DNA of 64,000 nucleotides from an uncultured Actinomycetes bacterium. Lineage in GTDB: Bacteria; Actinomycetota; Thermoleophilia; RBG-16-64-13. Location: NCBI GenBank assembly GCA_963841735.1, contig CAWJDT010000001.1, positions 1,120,001-1,184,000 of the forward strand, written 5' to 3'. Shown piece by piece: positions 38,932-47,346 of this stretch (position 1 is the stretch's first letter; the number at the start of each line of letters is the position of its first letter). The notes beneath the pieces were generated by a model. The model ran no database searches and was not told the origin of the DNA. It was given only the letters and a program-made list of their open reading frames with translations. The position numbers and the translations under genes were made by a program.

Positions 38932-40194
38932 TCAGAGGAGTCCGACCAGCACTGAGATCGCGCCGCCGGCCAGGACCACCCACAGCACGTCTATCTTGAA
39001 GCGCAGCGCTGTGAAGGTGGCCGCGGCAAGGGCGATGGTCCAGGGCTGCCAGGAAACGCTCAGGCCCAGGCGGATGCTCACGGCGACAAGCAGGCCCACG
39101 AACGACAGCAAGATGCCGGTGATGGCTTTCCGAAACCAGCGGTTGCTTTTGAGACGGTCGAAGTAGGGCTCCACCAGGACCAGGATCGTGAGCGAGGGCA
39201 AGAAGATGGCCGCTGTGGCTACCAGTGCTCCGGCGAATCCGGCAAACATATACCCGACAAATGTTGCGGTGATGACTACAGGGCCTGGGGTCACCTGACC
39301 CAAGGCGATGCCGTCTATGAACGTCTGGGTGTCTATCCAATGGTGGACGCTCACCACTTCGTTTTGCATAAGAGGGACGGAGGCGAAGCCGCCACCGAAG
39401 GCAAACAGGTCCACCCGGATCATGGTCAGGGCCAGGTAGAACAGAGGACGGTCGAAAGCGAAAAGCACACCCATCACGACGACCGCACCGGCAAGCATGA
39501 TGGCCACCGGCTTCAGACAAGACCTCTTGGGACCCGCCGGGCAGTGTGCCGCGGGGGACTGCGGCTGCGGCTCGGTATTGGCGGGCAGGGCAAGGCCCAG
39601 AGCCGCCGCGCCCAATATCATGTAGATGGGGTGCACCCCGAAGTAGAGGGCCACTGCTGCCCCGGCGACCACCGGAAGTCCCCACCACTTCTTCACGGTC
39701 GTAAGCCCGAAGTTCAGGGCCGCGTTGGCTATCAGAGCTACGACCATGGCCCGCAGCCCGCTGAACAGCGACAGGATCAGGGTCGCGTGTTGCCCGTACT
39801 TGTACAACACCGAAAGCACCAGCATGAGCACAAACGCCGGCGCGACGAAGGCAAGGTAGGCGACCACCGCCCCCGAGAATCCTCGTGCCCTCAGACCGAC
39901 ATAGGCCGCGGTCTGCATACTCGTCGCGCCGGGCAAGGACTGGCAGAGCGCCACTCCGTCGCCGAACGATTCCTCGCTCAGCCAGCGCTTCTTCTTGACG
40001 GCCAGTTCCCTGATATAGGTGATGATGGCCGGCCCGCCGAAACCAGTCAGCCCCAGGCGCAAGAACGGCAGGAAGAGCGCCCGGAGGCGCGGTACGGACC
40101 GGCTCAGGTCCGGCTCGCCCGGGGTCCGCTCGTCCGGGGTCCGCTCGCCCGGGGTCCGCTCGCCCGAGATGCTATTCCCCCTGGTGATGCTCAC
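38932..40194 (-). CDS. chrA: Chromate ion transporter (long-chain CHR)
   Basis: GLTGFGGP, LCQSLPG, FAFGGG, GQVTPGP two-domain pattern; start uncertain. Confidence 0.92.
   Translation of the reverse strand: MSITRGNSISGERTPGERTPDERTPGEPDLSRSVPRLRALFLPFLRLGLTGFGGPAIITYIRELAVKKKRWLSEESFGDGVALCQSLPGATSMQTAAYVGLRARGFSGAVVAYLAFVAPAFVLMLVLSVLYKYGQHATLILSLFSGLRAMVVALIANAALNFGLTTVKKWWGLPVVAGAAVALYFGVHPIYMILGAAALGLALPANTEPQPQSPAAHCPAGPKRSCLKPVAIMLAGAVVVMGVLFAFDRPLFYLALTMIRVDLFAFGGGFASVPLMQNEVVSVHHWIDTQTFIDGIALGQVTPGPVVITATFVGYMFAGFAGALVATAAIFLPSLTILVLVEPYFDRLKSNRWFRKAITGILLSFVGLLVAVSIRLGLSVSWQPWTIALAAATFTALRFKIDVLWVVLAGGAISVLVGLL
40113..40166. repeat. 15-bp tandem repeat (~3.6 copies) encoding (G/D)ERTP in the ChrA N-terminus
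   Basis: GCTCG(C/T)CCGGGGTCC units seen directly. Confidence 0.9.
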
Positions 40195-40903
40195 CGTGAT
40201 GATGCCCGCAAGTGCTCTCGGATTGCACTATCTCGCCGCGCAAGAAGGCCTCTATCGCCTCCAGCGCCGCACCGCTCACTCCGCAGTAGAGCTCAAACCC
40301 GACCTGCTTGAGGGCCTGCTGCATGGGGCCGCCCATGCCGCCGGCAAGGATGATCGTCACTCCCTGCTCTTTCAGGAAACCGGCGATACCGGAGTGGTTG
40401 TGCTGCATGCCCTGGACTTCGAAAAGGGAGGTCTGCTCCACCTTGCCGTCGGCCGTGTGGGCCACCAGGAACGCCTGAGTGCTGCCGAAATGGGCATTGA
40501 CATTGCCATCTAAATACGGAACCGCGACGATCATGGTCTCTCCTCGTTCAGTGTTTGCCTTTGTCCCGACGCGGGGGTTCTCTCCCAGCGTGTGTAGACT
40601 CGAATCGACTCGGACCACCGTCACAGGTCCACCTTCGATACATAGTGCCTTTCCGTGCACCAGGGCCTCGGTGATGGTGCGGCGCGCCTGCTGCGCCATC
40701 CGACTTACGGTGGAACCCGACACTCCCAGCTTTGATCCAGCTTCCGCCTGAGTCGCCCCTTCGAGATGCAAGAGGCGGAGCGCTTCCAGCCCGTCGAAGG
40801 GGAGTGAAAGCTTCTCCAACTCGCGCGCCGGTACGCCTGCCGGTCCGAAGACCCGGGTCCCCGGACGACATTCAAGGCAGCGCCACTTTGCTGGTCTCGC
40901 CAC
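40172..40903 (-). CDS. DUF134 (UPF0251 HTH) fused in frame to a NifB/NifX domain with a His-rich tail
   Basis: RPAKWR...FGPAG, EALRL, LGVSGSTVSR, GKALCIEGG; then MIVAVP, HFG, GGMG, CGHHHGEHH. Confidence 0.87.
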   Translation of the reverse strand: MARPAKWRCLECRPGTRVFGPAGVPARELEKLSLPFDGLEALRLLHLEGATQAEAGSKLGVSGSTVSRMAQQARRTITEALVHGKALCIEGGPVTVVRVDSSLHTLGENPRVGTKANTERGETMIVAVPYLDGNVNAHFGSTQAFLVAHTADGKVEQTSLFEVQGMQHNHSGIAGFLKEQGVTIILAGGMGGPMQQALKQVGFELYCGVSGAALEAIEAFLRGEIVQSESTCGHHHGEHHQGE

Positions 40904-40925
40904 AGCTTCAGCCAATCACGGGTTT

Positions 40926-40947
40926 TGCACAGATGTGCATTATAGCA
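40926..40947 (-). promoter_or_regulatory. Extended -10 TGcTATAAT abutting the palindrome TGCACA-N2-TGTGCA
   Basis: Perfect -10 and 6-2-6 palindrome seen directly just upstream of the DUF134 gene. Confidence 0.65.
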
Positions 40948-41075
40948 GGAGCCAACGCATGGGACAGGCAAGCTGCAAGAACGGCATACGTTGGCGTCGG
41001 ATGTTGCCGGCAGGCATTGGCGAACGAGGGGCGCCGCTTCCCGAGGTTAGGCGGCGAACCGCCCGCAGCCCGGCC

Positions 41076-42899
41076 CTACTCTATCCGAACCCCGCAGATT
41101 CTCTCGCCCCGCGTGCCCACCACGATCATGTTGCCGTAGGCAGCGGGGGAAGCCTCGATGTTGGTGCCCAGATCGAGTGTGCTGAGTACCTTACCGGTGG
41201 TGCCTTCGAGCAGAAACATGGTGCCCACCGAGTCACACTGCACGATGTAGCTCTTGCCCGTAGAGGTGTAGATGGCGATGGGTGAGCTCCAGCAGTAGTT
41301 GGTCATGTCGGTCTTCCAGATCTCTTCTCCGGTCGCCTTGTCAAGGGCCACCAGGATCCCGGAGTTGGCGCCCGGTGTGCGGGCGATGGGGTAGATCACC
41401 AGATTGGAGATATCGTTCTTGCCCAAGACTGGGGTGGCCTGCACGCCTCCAGAGACCCCGCTTATGGTGTAGCAGGGGTAGTCGGGCGTCTGCCACACGA
41501 TCTCACCGGTGGCCGCGTCTATCTTCCAGATGGGGATGCCGCCCTTGCGGGGCGCACTCCCGGTGGCGGTGATGTGCAGCGAGGTGGAGATGTAGAGGTA
41601 GCAGGTGCCGTCCGCGGGATCTTCCTCGAACACCGGTGTGGAGTTGGTGTCGTCGAGCACGTCTTGGGCCCAGATCATCTTCATGGTGTTCAGATCGAAG
41701 CACATGAGCTTGCCACCGTTATCGCTGACATAGAGGTAGTTGCGCCAGATGACAGCGGAGTCTTCCATGCCCCACCAGCGGTGGTCGGGGGAGTTATCGC
41801 CTACCTCGCTGTAGTTGGGAGCGGTATAGCGCAGCTTGACCGGTTCGTCCGGGTTCACCGTCAGGGTACCGGCGACGGGATCGTACTTGGTATTGAGTTT
41901 GATGGTGTAGAGGATGCCGTTCTCGCCCGGCTCGATGAGCGTGTCGGCGCCCACGTCGAACAGGGCGCTTGAGTCATAGGCATGAAAGGAGCGGAAAGAC
42001 AGAGGGTCGGGCTTCTTGCCGAAAGAGTAGAGCAGCTTCTGATCGATGAGGCTGTAGAGGCGGGCTCGCACCACCTCTCTGTTAAGCGAGTTCTCTCCGT
42101 GGCCCACAAAGAGCATGGGAGTGCCGTCGGGATAGAGGCTGCCGGTGCCTTTGAACGGGCCGCCGCCGCTTTCAAGGACGGGGCGGGTGGCGCTGCCGTC
42201 GGCCAGATCCAGGAAGTAGATGCGGCCATCCAAGCAGGGGTAGATGACCTCGATGAGGTCGGGGTCGGACTTCTTGGCGTCTTTCAAGTTCATGATCTGC
42301 TTGGTGGCCTCGGGCCATTTGACGATGAGTGGTTGCCCGGTCCAGCCCGAGCCGGTCCAGGAGCCTTCTCCGCTGGCTTTGGGGACACTTCCCGAGGGGA
42401 CACTCCACTCCAGGGTCAGTTTGTCCAAGGTGACGTCAGCGGTGCCGTAGGTGGGGCTGTCGCGGTAGTTGTTGCCGCGGAAGGTGATGATTCCCTGAAG
42501 AGGGGTGTAGTCCTTGCCCGGTCCGAAGTCGATGGGGTCGGCCCGGGTGTAGGAAGCGACCTTCTGGCCGTCCACATAGGTGCCGGTGCTTAGGTTAAGA
42601 GCCGCGGGGGCGGTGTCGGCGGCGGCGGCCACCGTCATGTTCACGGTCGCCAGGGTGGTGGTAGTGGATTCGGTGGAGGTCGAACTGGACGAGGAGCTGG
42701 TGGTCGACTGCACGACCGAAGACTCGGTGGTCTGTCCGGAAGTCGGCGGTGTGGAGTCTCCGCCTGGCCAAAGGTATAGGCGCACCACGGTGATGCCCGC
42801 CACCAGTGCGACCAAACAGATGACCATCAGCGCGCGGCGCCAGGCTTTTGCCCGCCTGAGCCCGGAACTCATGTACTCCGACCGTCGACCTTGGTTCAT
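41076..42899 (-). CDS. PQQ-binding-like beta-propeller protein with an N-terminal membrane anchor
   Basis: TM helix, Ser/Thr linker, TFRGNNYR, GWTGQPLIV, repeated D..TGE.(V/I)W blades, IEASPA. Confidence 0.82.
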   Translation of the reverse strand: MNQGRRSEYMSSGLRRAKAWRRALMVICLVALVAGITVVRLYLWPGGDSTPPTSGQTTESSVVQSTTSSSSSSTSTESTTTTLATVNMTVAAAADTAPAALNLSTGTYVDGQKVASYTRADPIDFGPGKDYTPLQGIITFRGNNYRDSPTYGTADVTLDKLTLEWSVPSGSVPKASGEGSWTGSGWTGQPLIVKWPEATKQIMNLKDAKKSDPDLIEVIYPCLDGRIYFLDLADGSATRPVLESGGGPFKGTGSLYPDGTPMLFVGHGENSLNREVVRARLYSLIDQKLLYSFGKKPDPLSFRSFHAYDSSALFDVGADTLIEPGENGILYTIKLNTKYDPVAGTLTVNPDEPVKLRYTAPNYSEVGDNSPDHRWWGMEDSAVIWRNYLYVSDNGGKLMCFDLNTMKMIWAQDVLDDTNSTPVFEEDPADGTCYLYISTSLHITATGSAPRKGGIPIWKIDAATGEIVWQTPDYPCYTISGVSGGVQATPVLGKNDISNLVIYPIARTPGANSGILVALDKATGEEIWKTDMTNYCWSSPIAIYTSTGKSYIVQCDSVGTMFLLEGTTGKVLSTLDLGTNIEASPAAYGNMIVVGTRGERICGVRIE

Positions 42900-43241
42900 C
42901 GATCCTGCCTAGGTTTCGGGGTATAGGGCCCGCATGTGTCGTTCGCCCGCCTTCGAGCGACCCTATGCCGTACCGGCGCAGTGTATCAAGGAACCCGCGA
43001 CTGGCGAGGCAACGTCGGCGTTCTGTCACAAATGTGGCATATCCGGAGATATTTAGAGTAGGACTACCGCCTGCTCAGCGTGAGGGGTCGCTCGACCGCC
43101 CTTGTTGAAGCGGCGGTAGGTGGCCCTGTGAAGGCAATGCGGAATGAAGGGAGGCGGATGGACAACAGAGCAGAGCAAGAAGATCGCCAACGCGATCGAA
43201 GACGACAAGGAGTTCAAGGAAAGGAACGAAGGTAAGGAGTG

Positions 43242-45005
43242 ATGGCCGGGAGACTATGCAAGGTCTTTGCGCTGAGTCTGGTACTTCTGTTTCTTCTGTC
43301 CGCGGTCGCTCTGGCCGACCCGATTCCTGGCGATACCTCTCTAGACCCGATCGAGAGCACTGATCCCGACGCGTACCTCCAGCTTACGCAGGGGCTGGAT
43401 ACATACGAGCAGTTGACGTTCGATCAGTGGTACGCCGCATTGCCCGACTACAACGGGCCGCTTTCATCAGACAAATTCGATGCATCCGTCCTTAGGGGGA
43501 AGGACTTCGCGAGAAACGGCCAGGCGATTGGACAAGCGGTAGCCGCGATGAAGAAGGCGCAACTGTCCGAAAGCGATGATCCCGCGCTTGCGCTGTGGAA
43601 GAAGGCTCACCTCACAAAGCCCATTCCCATCTACAACTTCGATGGCACCATCTATGGGTATCTCTATGGCGTTGTCCACGGGAAGAAGCTCATTGGTCAC
43701 ATGGTTGTGGGTACCAGCGCCAAGGCTCCTCCCATTCTCGAATACTCCACAGGTGCAGGCGAATACCAGAAGTTTGCCGGTGCGGAGAAAATCTACTTTG
43801 GAAGGGCCAATGGTTTTCTCCTCTTGCGCGGCGGCGTTCTTCAGAACGCTGACGAAAAGGATATCGTATACAGGCAGTCGGACCTTAGCGCCTTGCTGTC
43901 GGCGAACGAACCGGCCGTCGACACACAGGCTGCGCTAGATGCGGCTTGGCTCGACTTCGAGGAGGCGGCGGATGCGGCACTTCAAGCCGCGCTTGCACGT
44001 CCCGTGGGTCACTATGTTCCGCTCGACACGTCCGACTATACGTACATGTGGCAGAACAGCTGCCACGCTGTCGCACGTTCGATGTATGTCGATGCCATTG
44101 CCAGGCGGGTCGAGCCCGGGTTTTTTGGCTACGGGCGACCCCATTCGGTCAAGAATGCTCTCTGGTTCTGGAACCACTGTCCGCAGGGAGCGCCTACCTG
44201 GGAAATAATCAACGACCTGCAGCTCTTCCTGACTACCTATAGATCGACAACAGCAATCGCTTTCAATGTGCAATTCAGGGACTCGGGGGATGGCTCGGGG
44301 ACCACGGCGGCACAGGTGTTCGCGGCACTGCAATCTCGAATCAATGCGGGCTGGCCCGCTCTCGTCGGCTATGGAATACCCGGCGGCGGTCATGTGATGA
44401 TGGGGGTGGGGTATACGGACGACAACTTCTACATCTGCCGCGATACGTACACAGAAGATGGGAGCCCCTTCTCCAGCTACTTCGCCTTCGCAGGTGATCG
44501 TACCTGGTACTGCATATGGGCAACGTGGAATGCATCGACCTGGGGCACGCAGACGCTACGCAAGACTAGTTCGGGCACTGACGTCAGGCGTCTTCAGCGC
44601 TTCCTGAATGAGTTGTTCTACACTTGCGCTGTTGACGGCAACTTCGGCACGGGAACCGAGAACGCGGTGAAAGCCTTCCAAAGCGACAACGGGCTGAGCG
44701 CGGACGGAGTCGTTGGTCCCGCCACATACGCCAAGATGAAGGTTGCCCACATCATGCGCTACGACGACTACACAGCGAGCTGGAGGGACCTGAGTACTGG
44801 CAAGAAGGGAGACGACGTCGCGCAAGTGCAGATGAGGCTCATTCGGCGGCAGTATCTGCCCGGTCTCGCCAACTCCGACTGGTCTGCCGCCGACGGCATA
44901 TTCGGATCTCAAACACGGGCGGCCGTCATTGCCTTCCAGGCTGATCACGGTCTTCCGCAGACGGGGACAGTGTCGACTCTCACGTTCCAAGCGTTGACAA
45001 ACTGA
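43242..45005 (+). CDS. Secreted papain-fold (C39/C10-like) peptidase with putative propeptide and two peptidoglycan-binding domains
   Basis: Signal peptide ending AVALA; Spi-like segment YGYLY...GHMVVG...PILEYS; QNSC, GHVMMGVGY, CRD triad; PG_binding_1 motifs DGNFG..TENAVKAFQ...GLSADGVVG and DGIFG..TRAAVIAFQ...GLPQTG. Confidence 0.75.
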   Translation: MAGRLCKVFALSLVLLFLLSAVALADPIPGDTSLDPIESTDPDAYLQLTQGLDTYEQLTFDQWYAALPDYNGPLSSDKFDASVLRGKDFARNGQAIGQAVAAMKKAQLSESDDPALALWKKAHLTKPIPIYNFDGTIYGYLYGVVHGKKLIGHMVVGTSAKAPPILEYSTGAGEYQKFAGAEKIYFGRANGFLLLRGGVLQNADEKDIVYRQSDLSALLSANEPAVDTQAALDAAWLDFEEAADAALQAALARPVGHYVPLDTSDYTYMWQNSCHAVARSMYVDAIARRVEPGFFGYGRPHSVKNALWFWNHCPQGAPTWEIINDLQLFLTTYRSTTAIAFNVQFRDSGDGSGTTAAQVFAALQSRINAGWPALVGYGIPGGGHVMMGVGYTDDNFYICRDTYTEDGSPFSSYFAFAGDRTWYCIWATWNASTWGTQTLRKTSSGTDVRRLQRFLNELFYTCAVDGNFGTGTENAVKAFQSDNGLSADGVVGPATYAKMKVAHIMRYDDYTASWRDLSTGKKGDDVAQVQMRLIRRQYLPGLANSDWSAADGIFGSQTRAAVIAFQADHGLPQTGTVSTLTFQALTN

Positions 45006-45030
45006 TGCTGACCCGAAGTGAGGTGCAGTC

Positions 45031-45675
45031 ATGAGACACGTAATCACCCTGCTCCTCTTGGCCACGGGGCTAGTCGTTGTCTCCATCACCACTGCCGGCT
45101 GCGGCAGGGCGGCAACCAATACGACGGGTAGCGTTGAGAGCTCGTCGACTACGCAGGCGCCAACGACCTCGGCCTCTGTCTCCAGCACCACCGAGCTCCC
45201 ATCCACCAGCGCGGCGCCGACCAGCACGCCCACGACTATTGTCGGAGGGTTGCCATTCCCAATGTTGGTGAGCCGGTATAGCAGCCTGCTCGAAGTAGTG
45301 GATGCGCCGGGCATCCTCCCATACTCTTCGATCCCGCCCGAAGAAGGCGCCGCTCTCTTCAAGACCCAAGTCCCTGCCTACGAGCCGGACGTGCAGGGGT
45401 ACCGACTCGCGAACGGAGACGCAGTAGTCATTTTCGGGGCGCCCCTTGCGCCGCCATCAATGGCACAACTCACCGAGGCATTTGCCAACACATACGGCGG
45501 CGAGGGCCGGGAAGTGTTTGCACACTTCTATACCAGCTCGGGCTATCTTGTCGCCTCGAAGGACTACGCGAACAAGCTCGGCATAATGGCTTTGGTTGCC
45601 AGCGCGACTTCAACCCTTGAGCAGGCTATGGCTGCTGTCAAGGAGCCCGGCTTCGGAGACATTCACTACAAATAG
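45031..45675 (+). CDS. Hypothetical lipoprotein
   Basis: Lipobox TAGC, Ser/Thr-rich linker, novel globular C-terminal part; GAGGTG RBS. Confidence 0.75.
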   Translation: MRHVITLLLLATGLVVVSITTAGCGRAATNTTGSVESSSTTQAPTTSASVSSTTELPSTSAAPTSTPTTIVGGLPFPMLVSRYSSLLEVVDAPGILPYSSIPPEEGAALFKTQVPAYEPDVQGYRLANGDAVVIFGAPLAPPSMAQLTEAFANTYGGEGREVFAHFYTSSGYLVASKDYANKLGIMALVASATSTLEQAMAAVKEPGFGDIHYK

Positions 45676-45686
45676 CGGGCCCGTGC

Positions 45687-45723
45687 AGCCCGGTCCGCCC
45701 GAAAGAAGCAGGCGGGCCGGGCT
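45687..45723. terminator. GC-rich hairpin between the convergent lipoprotein gene and tRNA-Ser
   Basis: AGCCCGGTCCGCC/GGCGGGCCGGGCT 13-bp stem. Confidence 0.6.
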
Positions 45724-45747
45724 TTGCGAGTCAATGGCGACACAAGG

Positions 45748-45834
45748 CGGAGGGGATGGGATTCGAACCCATGAGACCTTGCGGCCTGCCGGTTTTCAAG
45801 ACCGGTGCGATCGACCAGACTCCGCCACCCCTCC
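45748..45834 (-). tRNA. tRNA-Ser(TGA)
   Basis: Reverse complement GGAGGGGTGGCGGAGTCTGGTCGATCGCACCGGTCT-TGA-AAACCGG, variable arm, GGTTCGAATCCCATCCCCTCCG. Confidence 0.96.
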
Positions 45835-45937
45835 GCGCCTGGATGCGGCCTACCCGGCCGATTCCGTGGGCGGGCGCGAATAGCGGGAGTATAGCTCCTA
45901 GTAGATGAGCTCGCCTTCGCCGATGCCCGGCCTCGGT

Positions 45938-46414
45938 CTAGTACAGGCCGTGGAAGTCGAGGTCATAGATATCGACGGCGGTGCGCCACACGAAGATCCA
46001 AAGAACGATGGAGAGGACATAGCAGGCCACGCCGATGCCAAACGTGATCCAACACCACATCTTGGCCTTGCGCGAAGACTCTTGGGCGCCGGCCATATCG
46101 CCGATGGCCAACCTGTTGCCTACGCGGCTGGCGTTGACCACGGCGGCGATGCCGGTGGGCCAGAAGCAGAGGATCAGAACGGCGATAGCCCAGCCCATGT
46201 GGCTGGAAATGTTGGGCATGGCTCCGTATCCGGGCGCGCCAGGATACCGCGGAGCTTGATAGGGCTGCTGGTATTGCTGTTGGTAGGACTGTTGGTAGGC
46301 GGGCGCCTGCGTCGCGGGGGTCTGCTGTTGGCTGGGTCCGCCTATACCTGAGCCGCAGGAACTGCAAAATCTAGCCGCGTCATCGTTTGCGACCCCGCAT
46401 CGCGGACAGTACAT
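45938..46414 (-). CDS. Zinc-ribbon plus CD225/dispanin family membrane protein
   Basis: MYCPRCG...FCSSCG, Q/Y-rich linker, LCFWPTGIAAVV...GDMAGAQESSRKAK. Confidence 0.88.
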   Translation of the reverse strand: MYCPRCGVANDDAARFCSSCGSGIGGPSQQQTPATQAPAYQQSYQQQYQQPYQAPRYPGAPGYGAMPNISSHMGWAIAVLILCFWPTGIAAVVNASRVGNRLAIGDMAGAQESSRKAKMWCWITFGIGVACYVLSIVLWIFVWRTAVDIYDLDFHGLY

Positions 46415-46603
46415 GCCAGCCTCCCTTGACCGTTCTCTCTCAATGCCCTGAAGTTGTGCGTTCCATGGTAGACGCTCGTGCCTCGAAAGCGCAATCGCGC
46501 ATTTGGCGCCGTCGGCCGGAGGAAAGAGCCGGACCGCGGCGAAAGTCCACCCACGGAGATTCTGCAGCGTGATGCGCGTGTCTCGACCAGCGGAGGCCGT
46601 AAC

Positions 46604-46867
46604 ATGAAGGCAGTATATGTCGGATCGGTCCATGGCTATCGGCCTCCCGTCTACAGGCCGGGAAGCGGCTGGACAGCCAGCGGCGCCGACCGGCGGATCG
46701 GGCGTGGGCCATCGGTCTTCGCGCACCGGCGGTTCACCGGATTGGGCTCGTTTGCCCTGTCGGACCGGAGACACTCCGGTTTCAAGACCAAGGTCGCCGT
46801 CGTCGCGGTGCTCGTCACCATCCTCGCCTTGACGATGATTCTATTCTGGGGAGACCTCCACCTATAG
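46604..46867 (+). CDS. Small hypothetical protein with a C-terminal TM helix
   Basis: GGAGG RBS, ATG 46604, hydrophobic C-terminus VAVVAVLVTILALTMILFW. Confidence 0.5.
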   Translation: MKAVYVGSVHGYRPPVYRPGSGWTASGADRRIGRGPSVFAHRRFTGLGSFALSDRRHSGFKTKVAVVAVLVTILALTMILFWGDLHL

Positions 46868-46907
46868 CCTGCGACTCTCCGACCCTTCCCTCTAGATCGG
46901 ATCCACT

Positions 46908-47318
46908 GTGAACGACCGCATCGCGCATGCCATCGCCAGCGACTCCATGATCCGCCTGTTCGACATGGAGGTCGAGGAAGCTTCCGACCAACTTACTCGG
47001 GTCTCTGCGGTGGTGGGGGAGCAGTGTCTACAGCTGCACGATCTCGCCCACGGCGGCTTTATGTTTGCGCTCATGGACGTCGCTTTCGCTCTGACGGTCA
47101 ATGCCAACCTGGACGCGGTGGCGGTGCAGTGGAGCATCAGCCAATTTCGTTCGGCCAAGCTTGGCGATAAGGTCACCGCGGAATGCCGGCTGCTTCATGG
47201 GGGGCGGCGGCTGATGGTGGTGGATCTTCAAGTCATGGGCGCCCAAGGGAAGATCCTAGCCAAGGGCCAAGCGACCGCGATTCCGTTGGGCGAAGCGCCA
47301 CCCGTAGCAGCGGGCTGA
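46908..47318 (+). CDS. PaaI-family hotdog thioesterase
   Basis: AHGGFMFALMDVAFA, GDKVTAE motifs. Confidence 0.9.
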   Translation: MNDRIAHAIASDSMIRLFDMEVEEASDQLTRVSAVVGEQCLQLHDLAHGGFMFALMDVAFALTVNANLDAVAVQWSISQFRSAKLGDKVTAECRLLHGGRRLMVVDLQVMGAQGKILAKGQATAIPLGEAPPVAAG

Positions 47319-47346
47319 CGCAGGAGCCGAGTTCTTCGCCGGCCTT

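Noticed and set aside
40113-40166. CRISPR array
   Set aside because: Contiguous 15-bp tandem units without spacers, in frame within a gene; no cas genes
35186-40534. Nitrogen fixation genes (NifB/NifX, NifU names)
   Set aside because: No nifHDK; the context matches ORP-like clusters rather than nif operons
43239-45834. Prophage or integrative element at tRNA-Ser(TGA)
   Set aside because: No integrase, phage genes or duplicated tRNA 3' end found; at most a small acquired islet
45748-45834. tRNA-Sec
   Set aside because: The anticodon is TGA (reads UCA, Ser), not TCA, and the acceptor stem is a normal 7 bp
46515-46552. GAGGAAAG...GAAAGTCC resembling RNase P RNA
   Set aside because: The GAGGAAAGTCC motif is not contiguous, the intergenic space is too short, and the 3' ACAGAA..CGGC motif is absent
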